A stretch of DNA of 63,611 nucleotides, the filler included. It is 8 parts of 8 records of this genome, joined end to end, with 100 filler letters (N's around TTAATTAATTAA, not from the genome) between each part and the next. Parts side by side here need not be neighbours in the genome. Positions count along the whole stretch, not along the records: positions 9,943 to 16,576 come from SRR31156797_3313; positions 16,677 to 21,785 come from SRR31156797_3315; 6 more parts are not named here. One strand, given 5' to 3'. This document shows, piece by piece, positions 9,943-21,885 of the stretch; the first letter of the stretch is position 1, and each line of letters opens with the position of its first letter. Made by a program: the position numbers and the translations under genes. Under the pieces are notes generated by a model that saw only the letters and a program-made list of their open reading frames with translations, was not told where the DNA came from and made no database searches.

Positions 9943-11660
9943 TGCCGGCCCAGGTAACAGGGATCATGGTAGGTATAAAGGTCGTTCGCATCCACCGCCT
10001 TGTTGGGCCGCAGAAGACCCGTCTCCACCAGGGACAGGAAAAACTGTGAATAATGAAACACCTTATAATTTTCGGGATAGTCCTTCTTGAGCGCGTTATA
10101 TGCATGGGGATCCGTGGTAACGATCCACTTGAAATCAATGTTTGAAAGGGTTTCCGTGTTTTCTTCCACCAGAACCTGAAACAGTCCCTCCTCCCCCATG
10201 CGCCGCACCTGGTGACCCGTATCCTTCTCCAGTTTCCCCAGGATACCGAAATCCATACCCGCAAGCTTCAATCCCCGTGCGATGGAAGCGGCGATTTTCT
10301 GGGACCTTGGGTCAAAGGAGGGGTACCCGTCCACGTAGTATAGCACATCCACCCGGTCTCCCGCTTTGAGGATTTTCACATCCTCAATTTCCTGTTCCTT
10401 TACCCAGTCGGCCCGCTTCACAGCGGGTTTGCCGAAGGGGTTCCCCGTCTTTTCAACATACATGAGGATCTGGTTAAAGGTCGTGGGATTTTGGGACGTT
10501 TCCAGCACATGCCGCCGCATATCGATTATTTTGTTGATATATTCGATAAATACCGGACACTCCTCCTCACAGGCGCCACAGGTGGTACAGGACCACAATT
10601 CGTCCAGTCCGATGATTCCCCCGACCATCGCGACAGCGGCTTCCCCTTCCTTATTCGAGTTCCGGGAGGGCACAACGGGATATTTTTCGTAGGCATGGTC
10701 CCTGAGCTTGATGGTGAGCTGTTTGGGGGAAAGGGGTCTCTGAATGGCATTGGCCGGACAGTTGTCGGTGCAGCGGCCGCATTCCGTACAGGTATATAGA
10801 TCGAGGATATGCTTCCAGGTAAAATCCTCGATTTTTTCAACCCCCAGGGTTTCCAGTTCAAAGATATCATCCACGCCGTATCGGGCGGGTTTGATTTCAC
10901 CTTTGCTCTCTTTCCTGAAAAACACATTGGGAAGCGCCGTAATAATATGAAAATGCTTGAACAGGGGGAGAAGGTTCAGAAACACGAAAAATGCCAAAAT
11001 ATGAAGCCAGTATGTGGTGGAAAGGATCACCGACAGGGCGCCGGGGCTATTCGCGGGCAAAAAAAGCGTCCCCATCCATGCGGCCGGAAGCCATTTCCCC
11101 GCCTCACCGGTCAGCAGCATGCCGCTCCCTTCGAAGAGCATGTCGGTGATCATGAGAAAACTGATAAGCCCCAGCACCAGATAAGCCTCAACCGTGTGAC
11201 TCCCTTCATATCGCTCGGGTTTGACGATGGCCCGCCTCAGAATCGCCCATATACAGGCGACGAGAACAATCAGTTCAAAAACATCCTTGATGGAATTGTA
11301 AAACAGACCCAAGGGACTGTGCATAAACGGACGGAAGATGGGGATGCCCAAACCTTCCGTCACCAGATCCAGGGAGCGGAGCCCCAGCACCACAAACCCC
11401 CAGAATATCATGATGTGGATCACACCCGCCCACAGATATCGCGGCTGGCGCTTTTGAATAAAACCGTACTCGATCAAATCCAGAAACCGCTGCTTCAAAT
11501 TTGAAAAACGGGGATCTTTCTGGCCGGCCAGAAGCAGATCTATACGGCTCCGGATAATGAATGCAAACACCGTGAGGGCCGAAATGGCAATGATCCACAT
11601 GAAGATATGACCGGAAATAGTGGTGTCTCCCTGAACGGCGAGGACTGGAAAAGAGGACAT
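9943..11660 (-). CDS. Membrane-bound Fe-S oxidoreductase (FadF/HdrD-like), 3'-truncated
   Basis: N-terminal TM domain, CTECGRCTDNCP and CTTCGACEEECP ferredoxin motifs, YHDPCYLGR CCG-domain motif. Confidence 0.9.
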
Positions 11661-11702
11661 AAAAGCTAACTCCTTAAACTAACGGCTAATTGCAGATTTG
11701 TA

Positions 11703-12278
11703 CTACACAAAAATGCCTTTTGTGAAAATTTCCAAAAAATAATCGGCCAGTTCACCCGATTTTACCGGACCGTTCCGGTCGTACCACTTGATGGTGTAGT
11801 GGACCATGCCGAAAAAAGCGAAGGTGGCCACCGATGGGGGTATGGGTTTCATTCGGCCTTCATCGGCCAGGGCCTTCAAAATCGACTGAATGAGGAATAC
11901 ATAGCGTCTTTCTTTTTTAATAAGGATCCTGCGGTAATCTTTCCCCAGGTTCCCCTGTTCGTTCACCAGCAACCGAAGGCGGTCCTGATCTCCCGCATAA
12001 AAATTGGTGTAAAAGCTGAGAACCCGGTTGAGTTTGCCGTGGGGTGAAATATCCGTTTCGCAGATTTCTTCCAGGGTGCTCAGTGCATCATCCATGGCAT
12101 CGTTGATCAAGGCATACAGGATATCTTCTTTACCGTCGAAATAATGGTAAAGGGAGGACTGGTTCATACCAAGCTCCCTGGCAATTTCACGCATGGAGGT
12201 GTTGTGATACCCGTTTTGAGCAAACAAACGGGTGACGACACTATGAATTTCTTCTATTTTATCAGTTTTTTTGCTCAT
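11703..12278 (-). CDS. TetR family transcriptional regulator (KstR2/FadR-like)
   Basis: LFAQNGYHNTSMREIARELGMNQSSLYHYFDGKEDIL HTH; ATG at 12278 preferred as start. Confidence 0.92.
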   Translation of the reverse strand: MSKKTDKIEEIHSVVTRLFAQNGYHNTSMREIARELGMNQSSLYHYFDGKEDILYALINDAMDDALSTLEEICETDISPHGKLNRVLSFYTNFYAGDQDRLRLLVNEQGNLGKDYRRILIKKERRYVFLIQSILKALADEGRMKPIPPSVATFAFFGMVHYTIKWYDRNGPVKSGELADYFLEIFTKGIFV

Positions 12279-12290
12279 GATTACAAATTC

Positions 12291-12339
12291 CAACAAACGT
12301 TTGGTTGATTTCTTTAGCAAACAAAAAACGGCCTGTCAA
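12291..12339 (-). promoter_or_regulatory. Sigma70-like promoter with a palindromic TetR operator
   Basis: TTGACA-17 bp-TAAAGA (extended TGn) on the minus strand; palindrome CAACAAACGTTTGGTTG at 12291-12307 just upstream of the tetR start. Confidence 0.6.
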
Positions 12340-12879
12340 TATTTTTTATAAAGAGTCCGCCCTGCTTTCTCAAGCACCGGACTGTGACAGACCGTTTACA
12401 CCTCTCTTGGAAGAATAAGGAATGGCGGTTTTGGGTGGTACTAAAGCACGGAAAAGACGACTCCTCCGATGGGGTGCATCAAAAAAGACCGCGGCTCCTA
12501 TTGAAAATCTTTTCTTCCGGTTCCGGTCGACCGTCATCATTTTCAAAGGAGGGCGGCGTACCGGGAGCCGGGTGGTGATATCTTTGGGAGGTACCGGAGC
12601 AGGAGATAAAAAACAAGGTTATCCCCAGGATGGAAATAGCAACAACAGCGGACTTTGCGAACTTCCCCAAAGCCCGAAGGGTATATTTATCCGTTTCTCT
12701 CATGGGTTTTTTCCTCCCGTCAGGTCCCGATGATAAACAGTTCATTGTAATTTTTTTGTAGATAGATTATATTCACATGGAATTCAGATATCCGCCTTAT
12801 AGCATATTCAGAAACAAAAGACATTCTGGATGTAATATTATTTCTGCTTGATGCCAAATGTCAGACGGGGAGGTTTCCC

Positions 12880-13179
12880 ATGAATATCATTAGAGGGTCG
12901 TTTTTTTTTCTCCTAATGGTTTTTGCGCTCTTTTTTTCCCTTGAAGTTCAACCCGATTCCGGAACCTCTTTTGCAAATGAGGCGGTAAGACCTCCCGGCG
13001 CTTCTATTCAAAGACCAAGAGCGGCACAAACGGATACACCCGGGCCAAGGCTTCCAAAAGTTCCAAAGCTTCCCGAAGGGCCGAAAGCCCCAAAAAGTCC
13101 GGAAGGTAGTTTCGGGAACACCGGCATTAATAGTCCCCAAGGACCCGTTCTGAATGGTCCGCAAAGACCCATAAGGTGA
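12880..13179 (+). CDS. Small secreted Pro-rich hypothetical protein
   Basis: GGAGG RBS, hydrophobic N-terminus, PK.P repeats. Confidence 0.5.
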   Translation: MNIIRGSFFFLLMVFALFFSLEVQPDSGTSFANEAVRPPGASIQRPRAAQTDTPGPRLPKVPKLPEGPKAPKSPEGSFGNTGINSPQGPVLNGPQRPIR

Positions 13180-13319
13180 TATCTGTCGGCGCCGTTCTTT
13201 TTTCTCATTTTTTTCATAAAAAAAGGGTTGACAAAGTCCGACATTTAGGCTTAATCTCGTTACTAACAATTTTTGATACGTTAGGAGTTATTTCAACACC
13301 GAATACGGGAGGGAAGATC

Positions 13320-14015
13320 ATGTGGATACGTAAACATACTTTATTAGCCCAGGCCATGGTGGTTTTTGCCTTTATCTGCTTTACGGCACCCTGTTTTGCT
13401 GCCGACCCGTTCGCAGGGCGTATTCTGCCCACCAAAAAAGTTAGTTTTTTCACCGATGGAAAGAAAGTGGGCCAATACACCGCCGAGGCACCCCTTCCCT
13501 GGGATACCCTTGTCAAATGTGAGGGCAGGACCGCCGTAAGAATGGACCACATGTACGTGGTGTTTGAAGACGGCAGTTCATTCATAATCTCCCAAACGGG
13601 AGGTGCCTCCACATTGGATCTCAAGACCGGAACCGCCTTTTTTGCTCTTAAGACCCTCCCTGAAGGGCTGACCTTTGACACGCCTCAGGCCGCCGTGGTA
13701 ACCGAGATGATGACCCTCAATGCCGCCACGGGAGACCAATTGCTGAAAGGGTATGTCAAAACCGGCAAAACCGAATCGGAACTGGGTGTTCTGGAAGGCG
13801 GAAGCCTCATGGTTCGAACCGCCGACGGACAGAAGACCATTAATGCCGGGCAACGCATCATCCTTGCTCAGGGCCAACTGGGCGGTGGTGGTGGTTTATC
13901 CACGGGTGCTGCAATAGGCATTGGCGTGGGTGCGTTGGCAGGGCTCACAGCTCTTGCAATTGCGAACTCACCTGACAGTGATGATGCGACAAGTCCATTT
14001 ATTCCTCCTAATTAA
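13320..14015 (+). CDS. Secreted FecR-like beta-domain protein with C-terminal hydrophobic tail
   Basis: GGAGG RBS, signal peptide, TPQAAV...VLEGGSLMV...INAGQ pattern, Gly linker then TM segment. Confidence 0.65.
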   Translation: MWIRKHTLLAQAMVVFAFICFTAPCFAADPFAGRILPTKKVSFFTDGKKVGQYTAEAPLPWDTLVKCEGRTAVRMDHMYVVFEDGSSFIISQTGGASTLDLKTGTAFFALKTLPEGLTFDTPQAAVVTEMMTLNAATGDQLLKGYVKTGKTESELGVLEGGSLMVRTADGQKTINAGQRIILAQGQLGGGGGLSTGAAIGIGVGALAGLTALAIANSPDSDDATSPFIPPN

Positions 14016-14056
14016 CAGGTAAACATGTAGCTTTTCCTCCATCCCCTTATCTCAAA

Positions 14057-14095
14057 CGCGCCCCTTTCCAAATCGGGGGCGCGATTGTTTTTTTT
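14057..14095 (+). terminator. Intrinsic terminator
   Basis: CGCGCCCC/GGGGCGCG stem followed by a T-tract. Confidence 0.7.
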
Positions 14096-14167
14096 GCAAC
14101 CCAAATCCTTCCTGATTCCAAAAATAAATTATAGCTTATCACATAATTTTCTTGAGGTTAAAAAGAA

Positions 14168-15201
14168 TGCATTCTAAAAATCAAAGAAAAAGTCACCCGT
14201 TTTGGCGAATGCTCATTGTCATCGCTTTTCTGGCCTCATTTGCTGGATGCACCAATACTGCCATGACCAAAAACGAGATGGTGGAAACCCGTATTGCTGA
14301 ACAGGACCGATCAAGCCGAACAAACGAGACCAATGAAAAAATCTTTAACAGAGTCCAGCCGACGGCCGCTGTAACAGACCCGATTCTGGGCCCCGGAGAT
14401 CTGCTTGAGCTGAAAGTCTTCGAAGCCCCTGAACTGGCCACCCAGGTCCGCATCAGTTCTCGTGGGTTTATCACGCTTCCGCTCCTCGCCGACGTGGAGG
14501 TTGCGGGACTCACCGCTCGCCAGCTTGAAATGAAGGTTGAGGGTCTGTACCGGGCCAAGTACATCAGGGATCCCCATGTGAGTCTTTTCGTTGTGGAGCA
14601 CCTGAGCCAGAAAGTCACCTTTGTGGGCCAGGTCAAGTCACCCGGTACCTATGAATTACCGGCCCGGATAAAATTGCTGGACGCTCTGGCCCTTGCCGGC
14701 GGCCTCACCAATAAGGCCGGCGGCACGGCCCAGGTTCGTCGTGTGGGAAAAACCATGGAAGATACGGGCTCCTATATCGTGGACCTGGACCGGCTCATCA
14801 ACGAGGGGGCTGCCGAATTGAACATTCCCATCCACGGTGGAGACGTAATCTTCATCGAGGAGGGCGGTATGTTTTATGTGGACGGCGCGGTCCGGATGAC
14901 CGGCGCATTTCCCATTAAAGCGACCACCACACTGGAAGAAGCGATCATGACCGCCGGAGGCTTTCTCTCCTATGCAGACTCTGAAGACGTCATTCTGGTC
15001 CGCCGGAACAAAGAAAACAAGCGGGTGGTCAAGCACTTGAATCTTGAAGTGGCCAAGCACGGATCTTATCCCGTCAAGGACGGGGATATCCTGGTGGTGG
15101 GCTCCACCTTCTGGGGGAGGCTTTCCAGCGGCAGCGGCTTCAGTCTCGGCATACCCTTCGTGGGAGGCATCAGCTACTCCAATCCGCAAAGATATAGATA
15201 G
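14168..15201 (+). CDS. Polysaccharide biosynthesis/export lipoprotein (Wza-like, Poly_export + SLBB)
   Basis: FAGC lipobox, LGPGDLLEL, GFITLPLL, GQVKSPGTY, LALAGGL; exact start uncertain. Confidence 0.9.
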
Positions 15202-15232
15202 CTGTTGGCTCATGGCTCATGGCTCATGGGGG
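15197..15232. repeat. Heptamer tandem repeat (CTCATGG)n, left arm of an inverted repeat
   Basis: GATAGCTGTTGGCTCATGGCTCATGGCTCATGGGGG; complementary to 15652-15716. Confidence 0.85.
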
Positions 15233-15261
15233 TGGGGTGATGGCTCTTAGGTGTGCTTTGG

Positions 15262-15633
15262 TTATGGTTTTTTGATGGAGTTAATCAGGGCGCTGACGCG
15301 TTTACCAAGCTGAATGGCAGATCTTTTGATTGAAAAAAAATCCGATTCTTTAATCCAGGATCTTCGCCGAAATATTTCTAAAAGCGTCACCGTCTCAAAA
15401 AGTGAACCACGGGCGATATAAAGAAAATGAATGAATTCCTTTTTTGAAAATCGGCCTTTTCCTTCCGCGATATTCAAACTTACACTGGTACTCGCAGATT
15501 CAAGTTGCTCCATTAGCCGATAGTGTTTACGAGTATCGGATAGATCTTCAATTACAGCCAAGCAAAGATCCGCAAAGTCGACAGCTTCCTGCCACACCTC
15601 CAGATCCTCAAACGAAAATCGCTCACCACCCAT
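15262..15633 (-). CDS. Four-helix-bundle protein (23S rRNA IVP/TIGR02436-like)
   Basis: FEDLEVWQ...QL..AS.SVSLNIAEG.GR.SKKEF.HFL.IARGSL.E. Confidence 0.93.
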   Translation of the reverse strand: MGGERFSFEDLEVWQEAVDFADLCLAVIEDLSDTRKHYRLMEQLESASTSVSLNIAEGKGRFSKKEFIHFLYIARGSLFETVTLLEIFRRRSWIKESDFFSIKRSAIQLGKRVSALINSIKKP

Positions 15634-15651
15634 TACCACCCCTTCCAACAG

Positions 15652-15716
15652 CCCCCCATGGGCTATCAGCCATCAGCTATGAACCATGAGCCAAGAGCTA
15701 TCAGCCATGAGCTATC
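15652..15716. repeat. Heptamer tandem repeat (C(C/T)AT(G/C)AG) x about 9, right arm of the inverted repeat
   Basis: CCATGGG CTATCAG CCATCAG CTATGAA CCATGAG CCAAGAG CTATCAG CCATGAG CTATC. Confidence 0.85.
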
Positions 15717-16576
15717 TCATTTCTCAAACCGATAATCAAGTCGCGATATCCGAAAATCCTTTTTATTCACTTTCAGATCCATGGCAATCTCCCCACGGCT
15801 CTGCCCGCTTGGACCGTCAAGAAAGACCCAACCCAGATCAAACCGCCCTTTCATGGAAACCGTATCGCTTCCAACTTCCTGCTCGGTTTCATCCAGGGAA
15901 ATACGGTAATCCAGGCTTTTCACTTTGTCCCAAATCTCCAGGTAATCGGGCCGAACCGACTTCAGAGGCTTTCCGTTTTCCGTGGCATTGGACGTAAAAT
16001 ATGAAAAAAAGATTTCTGCATTTCCCCTTTCATAAGCCGTTGTATACTTTTTCAAAAAAGCAAGGACCTGGGAGCGTTTTACGAAAGGTGTCTTGTGGGT
16101 CTTGGGAAGGGGGATTTCGGGAAAAGTGGCCGGGGATGGTACTTTAGAAGCGTGAAGAGAAGATTTGGGAGGGGTAACGCCATCGGTGGAATCCAGGGGA
16201 AAAACTGGGGCTTGCGCCGCAACCTTTGCTGGAATTATGGACTTTGTTGTTTGAACTTTTTCCGCGGGAGAAGGCGTAAGGCCGGGTTTAGTGCCGGAGG
16301 CCAGCAGTTTGGTGGCGGTCTGCTGAACCGGTTGCTCAGCCGGTTTTTCTGGCAATTTCAAAGGTACCCATACCGTGAAGCTTGGCTGTTTCATTTTCAC
16401 AACCTCGGGTATCTCTTTAACCGTCTCCTTTTTGGCCGGCTTCGGCAATTCTTTCGGAGTCTTCTTAAGTGACTCCCGAACAACCGTTGTCTGTTTTTTC
16501 TCTGTTTCAACGGAAGGCGATTCCTTCATTTCAACAGGCTGTTCTGGTACCGGAACTGTTTTAGCACTTTCATTTT
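15717..16576 (-). CDS. Partial protein: Pro/Lys-rich linker plus C-terminal NTF2/SnoaL-like domain
   Basis: Low-complexity region followed by FLKKYTTAYE.G....FFSYF...A.ENG; runs off the contig edge. Confidence 0.65.
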
Positions 16577-16836
16577 NNNNNNNNNNNNNNNNNNNNNNNN
16601 NNNNNNNNNNNNNNNNNNNNTTAATTAATTAANNNNNNNNNNNNNNNNNNNNNNNNNNNNNNNNNNNNNNNNNNNNTGATGTATTAAAAAGAAACTAAAA
16701 TTTATACAACATTTTGTTTACATCACTTTTACAGAAAATTTATATTAGAATAAAATATGTTTGATATCATGTAGCATGTACAGAATGAAAACATTTGGAT
16801 GTATAGAGTATTTAAAGTAGAGTTTTAGGAGGAAAA

Positions 16837-19800
16837 ATGTATTTCGGAATAAATGCTAAAAGATTTGGACTAATAAACATATTGATGTTTTCAATATCAC
16901 TTTTTATTTTTGCTGAGAGCACTTCATGGGAACGTGGTCTCACTAAAGAGAGTTTTGAATGGCTCAAAAAAAACAATGAATTAACTTTTGGATATACCAG
17001 TAATCAGGCTCCATTTGAATTCGCAGATTCTAATGGAAAATTTTCCGGAATCTCTTCTGATTATCTAAAATTTCTCTCGGAAAAACTAGATCTTAAGTTA
17101 ATAGAAAATAATGGAAACGATTGGTTTGAAACTTTTGACAAAGCAAAAAAGGGAGAGATAGATATTCTTCCTGCTGTTGTCAGGACGCCATATAAAGAAA
17201 AAGACTTCTTTTTCACTATTCCATATTTAGAGTTACCTATTGTAATTGCCACAAGAATTGATTCACCCCTTATCACAGGTATCGAGTCACTAAAAAGGGA
17301 AAAGCTGGGTGTCATCAGAGATCATAATATTGATTTCATCATGAAACATGATTATTCGCAAGTTGAGATAATAGTATATGAAAATCTGAAAAATGCTCTG
17401 GATGATGTAGTCAGAGGAGAAATAGCCGGTGTAGCGGATACTATAGTTTCAATAGAGTATTATATCAAAAAATATAATATTGAAGATCTAAAAATAGCAG
17501 CTACAACTGATTATTCTCATGAGATCTCTATGGCTGTTTCAAAAGACAAACCTGAATTAGTAGCTATTTTAAATCATTCTTTATCATCTTTTACTGATCT
17601 TGAAAATGAGATGATATTAGAAAAGTGGCTAAATATCGACACTTACGGAGTTATTAATTGGGATCTGATTTTAAAATTTTCAGTATTTGCAGGAATAATT
17701 ATTTTCGTAATGTTTATCTCATTTTTAGCTTGGAACAGACATCTGGCAAATGAAATAAGTAAAAGAAAAACTGTTGAATCAAATCTGAAAAATGCTCTTG
17801 ATAAATTCGAGATGCTGTATAAAGCTTCTCTTTCTCTTAATAAAGCACTTAATTTAGAAGAAAGTATTAAATTAATTATGGATACTCTTCATGAAGTTGT
17901 TCCATTTGACAGTGCTTCTTTCCAGAGTTTAGAGGATAATAAATTTAAAGTTTTATATATTTCTGGTTTTGAGGATTCAGAAGAACTGATAGGTACTGAA
18001 TTTCCCGTAGAAGAAGGAAATCTCTCATGGAGAATGACTCAGAACATGACTCCGAGTATTATCAATGATATTACTGCTCATAATGACATCGTAGATAAAC
18101 ATATTAAGGGTCAAATAAACTCGTGGATGTCAGTTCCATTAGTCTTTGGTTCAAAATTATACGGGCAGATTACTTTTGATAAATTTGAAGAGAATTTTTA
18201 CACAGAGGAGCACTCAAAAATTGCTGAAGCCTTTGCTGCACAAGCAACAGTAGCATTAAATAACGCTAAACTATTTGATAAACTAAAAAAAGCTAAAGAG
18301 GAAGCAGAGATTGCTACAAAAGCAAAAGGTGATTTTCTCGCTAATATGAGTCACGAAATTAGAACTCCTATGAATGCTATCATAGGTATGAGTCACTTAG
18401 CGCTTAAAACTGAGCTTAATCCTAAGCAAGAAGATTATGTAAATAAAATTAATATTTCTGCATATAATCTATTAGGTATCGTAAATGATATATTGGATTT
18501 CTCAAAAATCGAAGCCGGAAAATTTGAACTTGAGAATATAAATTTTGAACTAAACGAAGTACTTAACAACTTATCAAGTATAGTTACTTTGAAAGCTCAA
18601 AATAAAGGATTGGAGTTAATATTTTCAAAAAATACTGATATTCCGGAATCACTTATCGGAGACCCACTCAGACTAGGACAGATTCTGCTTAATTTAACTA
18701 CCAATGCTATCAAATTTACTGAAATGGGAGAAGTCATAGTCGGTATAGAGAAAGTTCATAAAACAAATAATGAGTTAACACTGAAATTTTCAGTAAAAGA
18801 TACCGGTATAGGATTAACTGAAGAACAGCGTGATAAACTCTTCCAATCATTCCATCAGGCTGATACTTCAACTACCAGAAAATATGGCGGAACCGGATTA
18901 GGATTAGCTATCAGTAAGAGTCTGTCTGAGCAGATGGGTGGTTCAATCTGGGTAGAGAGCAGATACGGAAAAGGCAGCACATTTTACTTTACTGCTAATT
19001 TCAAAACTCAGGCTGAAGAACAGAAAAAGATGATAACCCCTAAAGATATTAAGCATTTAAACGTTTTGGTTATTGATGATAACAGATCAGTTGTTGAAGT
19101 AATGAAAAACTACCTTGAATCATTTTCATTTAAAGTCTCAACTGCAACTTCAGGTGAGCAGGCTCTAATAATGCTCGAGGATAAGATACAGAAAAAAGAG
19201 AAAGTTTGGGATCTAATATTAACTGACTGGATGATGGATGGCATTAACGGCTTAGAAGCTGCTATCAGAGTTAAAAATAATGTATTTTTAGATAAAGTAC
19301 CTAAGATAATTTTAATGACAGGTTATGAAAGAGATCATTTAATCAAACACGTGGAAGCAATAAATCTGGATGAAGTGATTACAAAACCTGTTACTCAATC
19401 CTCTCTGTATAACACTATTCTCAGAGTGTTCGGGCAAGAGATCGTAGAAACTAAAGATACGAAAAAGACTATTATGCCTGAAAATTTTGACAAGATAAGA
19501 GGAGCAGAAATTTTACTTGTAGAGGATAATGAAATCAATCAGCAAATTGCAATTGAACTACTCGAATCTGAAGGTTTCTATGTCACTCTCGCTAATAATG
19601 GTGAGGAAGCAGTTAATACTATTAAAAATAACAATAAAAACTTTGATATCATCTTAATGGATATTCAAATGCCGATTATGAGCGGTTATGAAGCCACAGA
19701 ATTAATTCGAAAAGATGAAAAACATAATAATATTCCAATTATTGCAATGACTGCTGATGTTATAAGCGGTGTAAAAGAAAAAGTTGCTTCATGTGGTATG

Positions 19801-20562
19801 AATGATTTTATTAGCAAACCTGTTAATAATCAGGAGTTATTTAAACTATTAAAAAAATGGATAAAAGAAGGAGATCGAAAACTCCCTGATTTTTATAAAC
19901 AAATTAATAAAAATAACACAGCTAAAGTAAGCGACCTTCCATTTAATCATTTGAACGGAATAGACATAAATCAAGGATTAATGATCGCAAATAATAATAG
20001 TAAGTTATATATGAAATTACTATCTAAATTTTATGAAAACAATAAAGATTTCATAGCTAAATTAGATAAAATGTTCGATAAAGATAACACTGATGAATTA
20101 AAGCGTGCTGTTCATACTTTCAAAAGTGTTGCCGGAAATATTGGAGCTGTTAAATTACAGAAAATAGCCGAGACTTTTGAGGAAAACTTAATAAATGATG
20201 ACTCTCCTGATAAAACGACATATAAAAGTTTGTTAAGTGATCTGGAGATAAAATTAAATATAGTTTTAAATTCATTAAAAGCATATGTAGCCCAGAAAAA
20301 AGATATAAATTCTAAAGGAAAAGTTAGTGGTAAACTATCTGAGCTTCTAAACTCCTTAACAGAGTTGAAAAAACATATCAAAAAAGGTAAAATTAAAAAG
20401 AGTAAAACAGTATTAGCTGAAATCCTTGAAAAAGTATGGGATGAGCCTTATAATCAGAAAATATCTAAAATTGAATCTGCTGTTAAAAAATATAATTTTG
20501 AGAAAGCAGAAGACCACATTCGAGAGCTAATTAATCACCCAAGCTTAAATAAGCTGAGATAA
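16837..20562 (+). CDS. Hybrid sensor histidine kinase (periplasmic SBP, GAF, HisKA, HATPase, two REC, HPt)
   Basis: [23 protein letters not shown], two receiver domains, [13 protein letters not shown] HPt motif. Confidence 0.96.
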   Translation: MYFGINAKRFGLINILMFSISLFIFAESTSWERGLTKESFEWLKKNNELTFGYTSNQAPFEFADSNGKFSGISSDYLKFLSEKLDLKLIENNGNDWFETFDKAKKGEIDILPAVVRTPYKEKDFFFTIPYLELPIVIATRIDSPLITGIESLKREKLGVIRDHNIDFIMKHDYSQVEIIVYENLKNALDDVVRGEIAGVADTIVSIEYYIKKYNIEDLKIAATTDYSHEISMAVSKDKPELVAILNHSLSSFTDLENEMILEKWLNIDTYGVINWDLILKFSVFAGIIIFVMFISFLAWNRHLANEISKRKTVESNLKNALDKFEMLYKASLSLNKALNLEESIKLIMDTLHEVVPFDSASFQSLEDNKFKVLYISGFEDSEELIGTEFPVEEGNLSWRMTQNMTPSIINDITAHNDIVDKHIKGQINSWMSVPLVFGSKLYGQITFDKFEENFYTEEHSKIAEAFAAQATVALNNAKLFDKLKKAKEEAEIATKAKGDFLANMSHEIRTPMNAIIGMSHLALKTELNPKQEDYVNKINISAYNLLGIVNDILDFSKIEAGKFELENINFELNEVLNNLSSIVTLKAQNKGLELIFSKNTDIPESLIGDPLRLGQILLNLTTNAIKFTEMGEVIVGIEKVHKTNNELTLKFSVKDTGIGLTEEQRDKLFQSFHQADTSTTRKYGGTGLGLAISKSLSEQMGGSIWVESRYGKGSTFYFTANFKTQAEEQKKMITPKDIKHLNVLVIDDNRSVVEVMKNYLESFSFKVSTATSGEQALIMLEDKIQKKEKVWDLILTDWMMDGINGLEAAIRVKNNVFLDKVPKIILMTGYERDHLIKHVEAINLDEVITKPVTQSSLYNTILRVFGQEIVETKDTKKTIMPENFDKIRGAEILLVEDNEINQQIAIELLESEGFYVTLANNGEEAVNTIKNNNKNFDIILMDIQMPIMSGYEATELIRKDEKHNNIPIIAMTADVISGVKEKVASCGMNDFISKPVNNQELFKLLKKWIKEGDRKLPDFYKQINKNNTAKVSDLPFNHLNGIDINQGLMIANNNSKLYMKLLSKFYENNKDFIAKLDKMFDKDNTDELKRAVHTFKSVAGNIGAVKLQKIAETFEENLINDDSPDKTTYKSLLSDLEIKLNIVLNSLKAYVAQKKDINSKGKVSGKLSELLNSLTELKKHIKKGKIKKSKTVLAEILEKVWDEPYNQKISKIESAVKKYNFEKAEDHIRELINHPSLNKLR

Positions 20563-20600
20563 AAATAAAAAATAATAATTAATATTTTAGAGGAGGAGTT

Positions 20601-21689
20601 ATGGATTTATCAGAAAGTAAAATTCTAATAGTTGATGACACAGAAGAAAATATCGATATACTGATCGAAGTATTAGAAGACGACTACGATATCAGAGTAG
20701 CAACTGACGGAAGAAGAGCTCTAAAAATAATCTCTGAAGAGCTTCCTGATCTCATACTCCTTGATATCATGATGCCTGAAATTGACGGATATCAGGTGTG
20801 TGAGCAATTAAAGGAAAATCCGGAAACAAGAAATATCCCTGTGGTATTTCTCACAGCCCTTAGCCAGGATCAAGATGAAGCAAAAGGCTTATCACTGGGT
20901 GCTGTAGATTATATAAGTAAACCTTTTAACCCTGATTTAGTCAAAGCCAGAGTTAAAAATCATCTATTACTTAAAATGCATCAAAATAATCTTGAAGGAT
21001 TAGTAAAAGAGAGAACAAGTGAACTGGAAAGAACTCAGGCAGCAATTATTAAGAGTATGGCCATCTTAGCTGAGTATAGAGACCCTGAAACAGGAGGGCA
21101 TATCAAGAGAACACAGAATTATGTGCAGTTATTATGTGAAAAACTTAGAGAAAAAGATAAATACAAAGATATTTTAACTGATTCTCTTATAGAGAGTTTT
21201 TGCAAATCCGCTCCTCTACATGATATTGGAAAAGTTGGAGTAGCTGATAGCATATTACTAAAAAAAGGTAAATTAACAAAAGAAGAGTTTGAAGAGATGA
21301 AAAAACACGCTGTTTATGGAAGAGATGCAATTAGAGCTTCAGAGCAGGAGCTTGGAACTGACTCATTCCTAAGGTATGCAAAAGAGATTGCATACACTCA
21401 CCATGAGAAATGGGATGGCAGTGGTTATCCGCAAGGTTTAAAAGCTGAAGAGATTCCTTTATCAGGTCGCTTAATGGCTGTGGCTGACGTATATGATGCG
21501 CTTATCAGTATCAGAGCATACAAACCTCCATTTCCACATGATAAAGCTGTTAGCATAATCCTAGAGGGAAAGGGTAAACATTTTGATCCTGAACTTATAG
21601 AGATTTTTGAAAAACATGAAAATGATTTTAGATTAATCGCACTGGAAAATGCGGATTTTGAAGAGGAAAAAATTGCATTAACTAAATAA
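20601..21689 (+). CDS. Response regulator with HD-GYP c-di-GMP phosphodiesterase domain (RpfG-like)
   Basis: REC domain plus LHDIGK and HHEKWDGSGYP. Confidence 0.95.
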   Translation: MDLSESKILIVDDTEENIDILIEVLEDDYDIRVATDGRRALKIISEELPDLILLDIMMPEIDGYQVCEQLKENPETRNIPVVFLTALSQDQDEAKGLSLGAVDYISKPFNPDLVKARVKNHLLLKMHQNNLEGLVKERTSELERTQAAIIKSMAILAEYRDPETGGHIKRTQNYVQLLCEKLREKDKYKDILTDSLIESFCKSAPLHDIGKVGVADSILLKKGKLTKEEFEEMKKHAVYGRDAIRASEQELGTDSFLRYAKEIAYTHHEKWDGSGYPQGLKAEEIPLSGRLMAVADVYDALISIRAYKPPFPHDKAVSIILEGKGKHFDPELIEIFEKHENDFRLIALENADFEEEKIALTK

Positions 21690-21704
21690 AATATGATTAT
21701 AATC

Positions 21705-21730
21705 AAGCCCTTTTGAAGAGGGCTTTTTTT
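21705..21730 (+). terminator. Intrinsic terminator
   Basis: AAGCCCT-TTTGAAG-AGGGCTT followed by a T-tract. Confidence 0.8.
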
Positions 21731-21885
21731 ATATTAGAAAAAGTATAAATTACTAATATAAATTTTAGTTTCTTTGATACATCACNNNNNNNNNNNNNNN
21801 NNNNNNNNNNNNNNNNNNNNNNNNNNNNNTTAATTAATTAANNNNNNNNNNNNNNNNNNNNNNNNNNNNNNNNNNNNNNNNNNNN

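Noticed and set aside
15262-15633. Diversity-generating retroelement (Avd-like fold)
   Set aside because: No reverse transcriptase and no TR/VR repeat pair on the contig.
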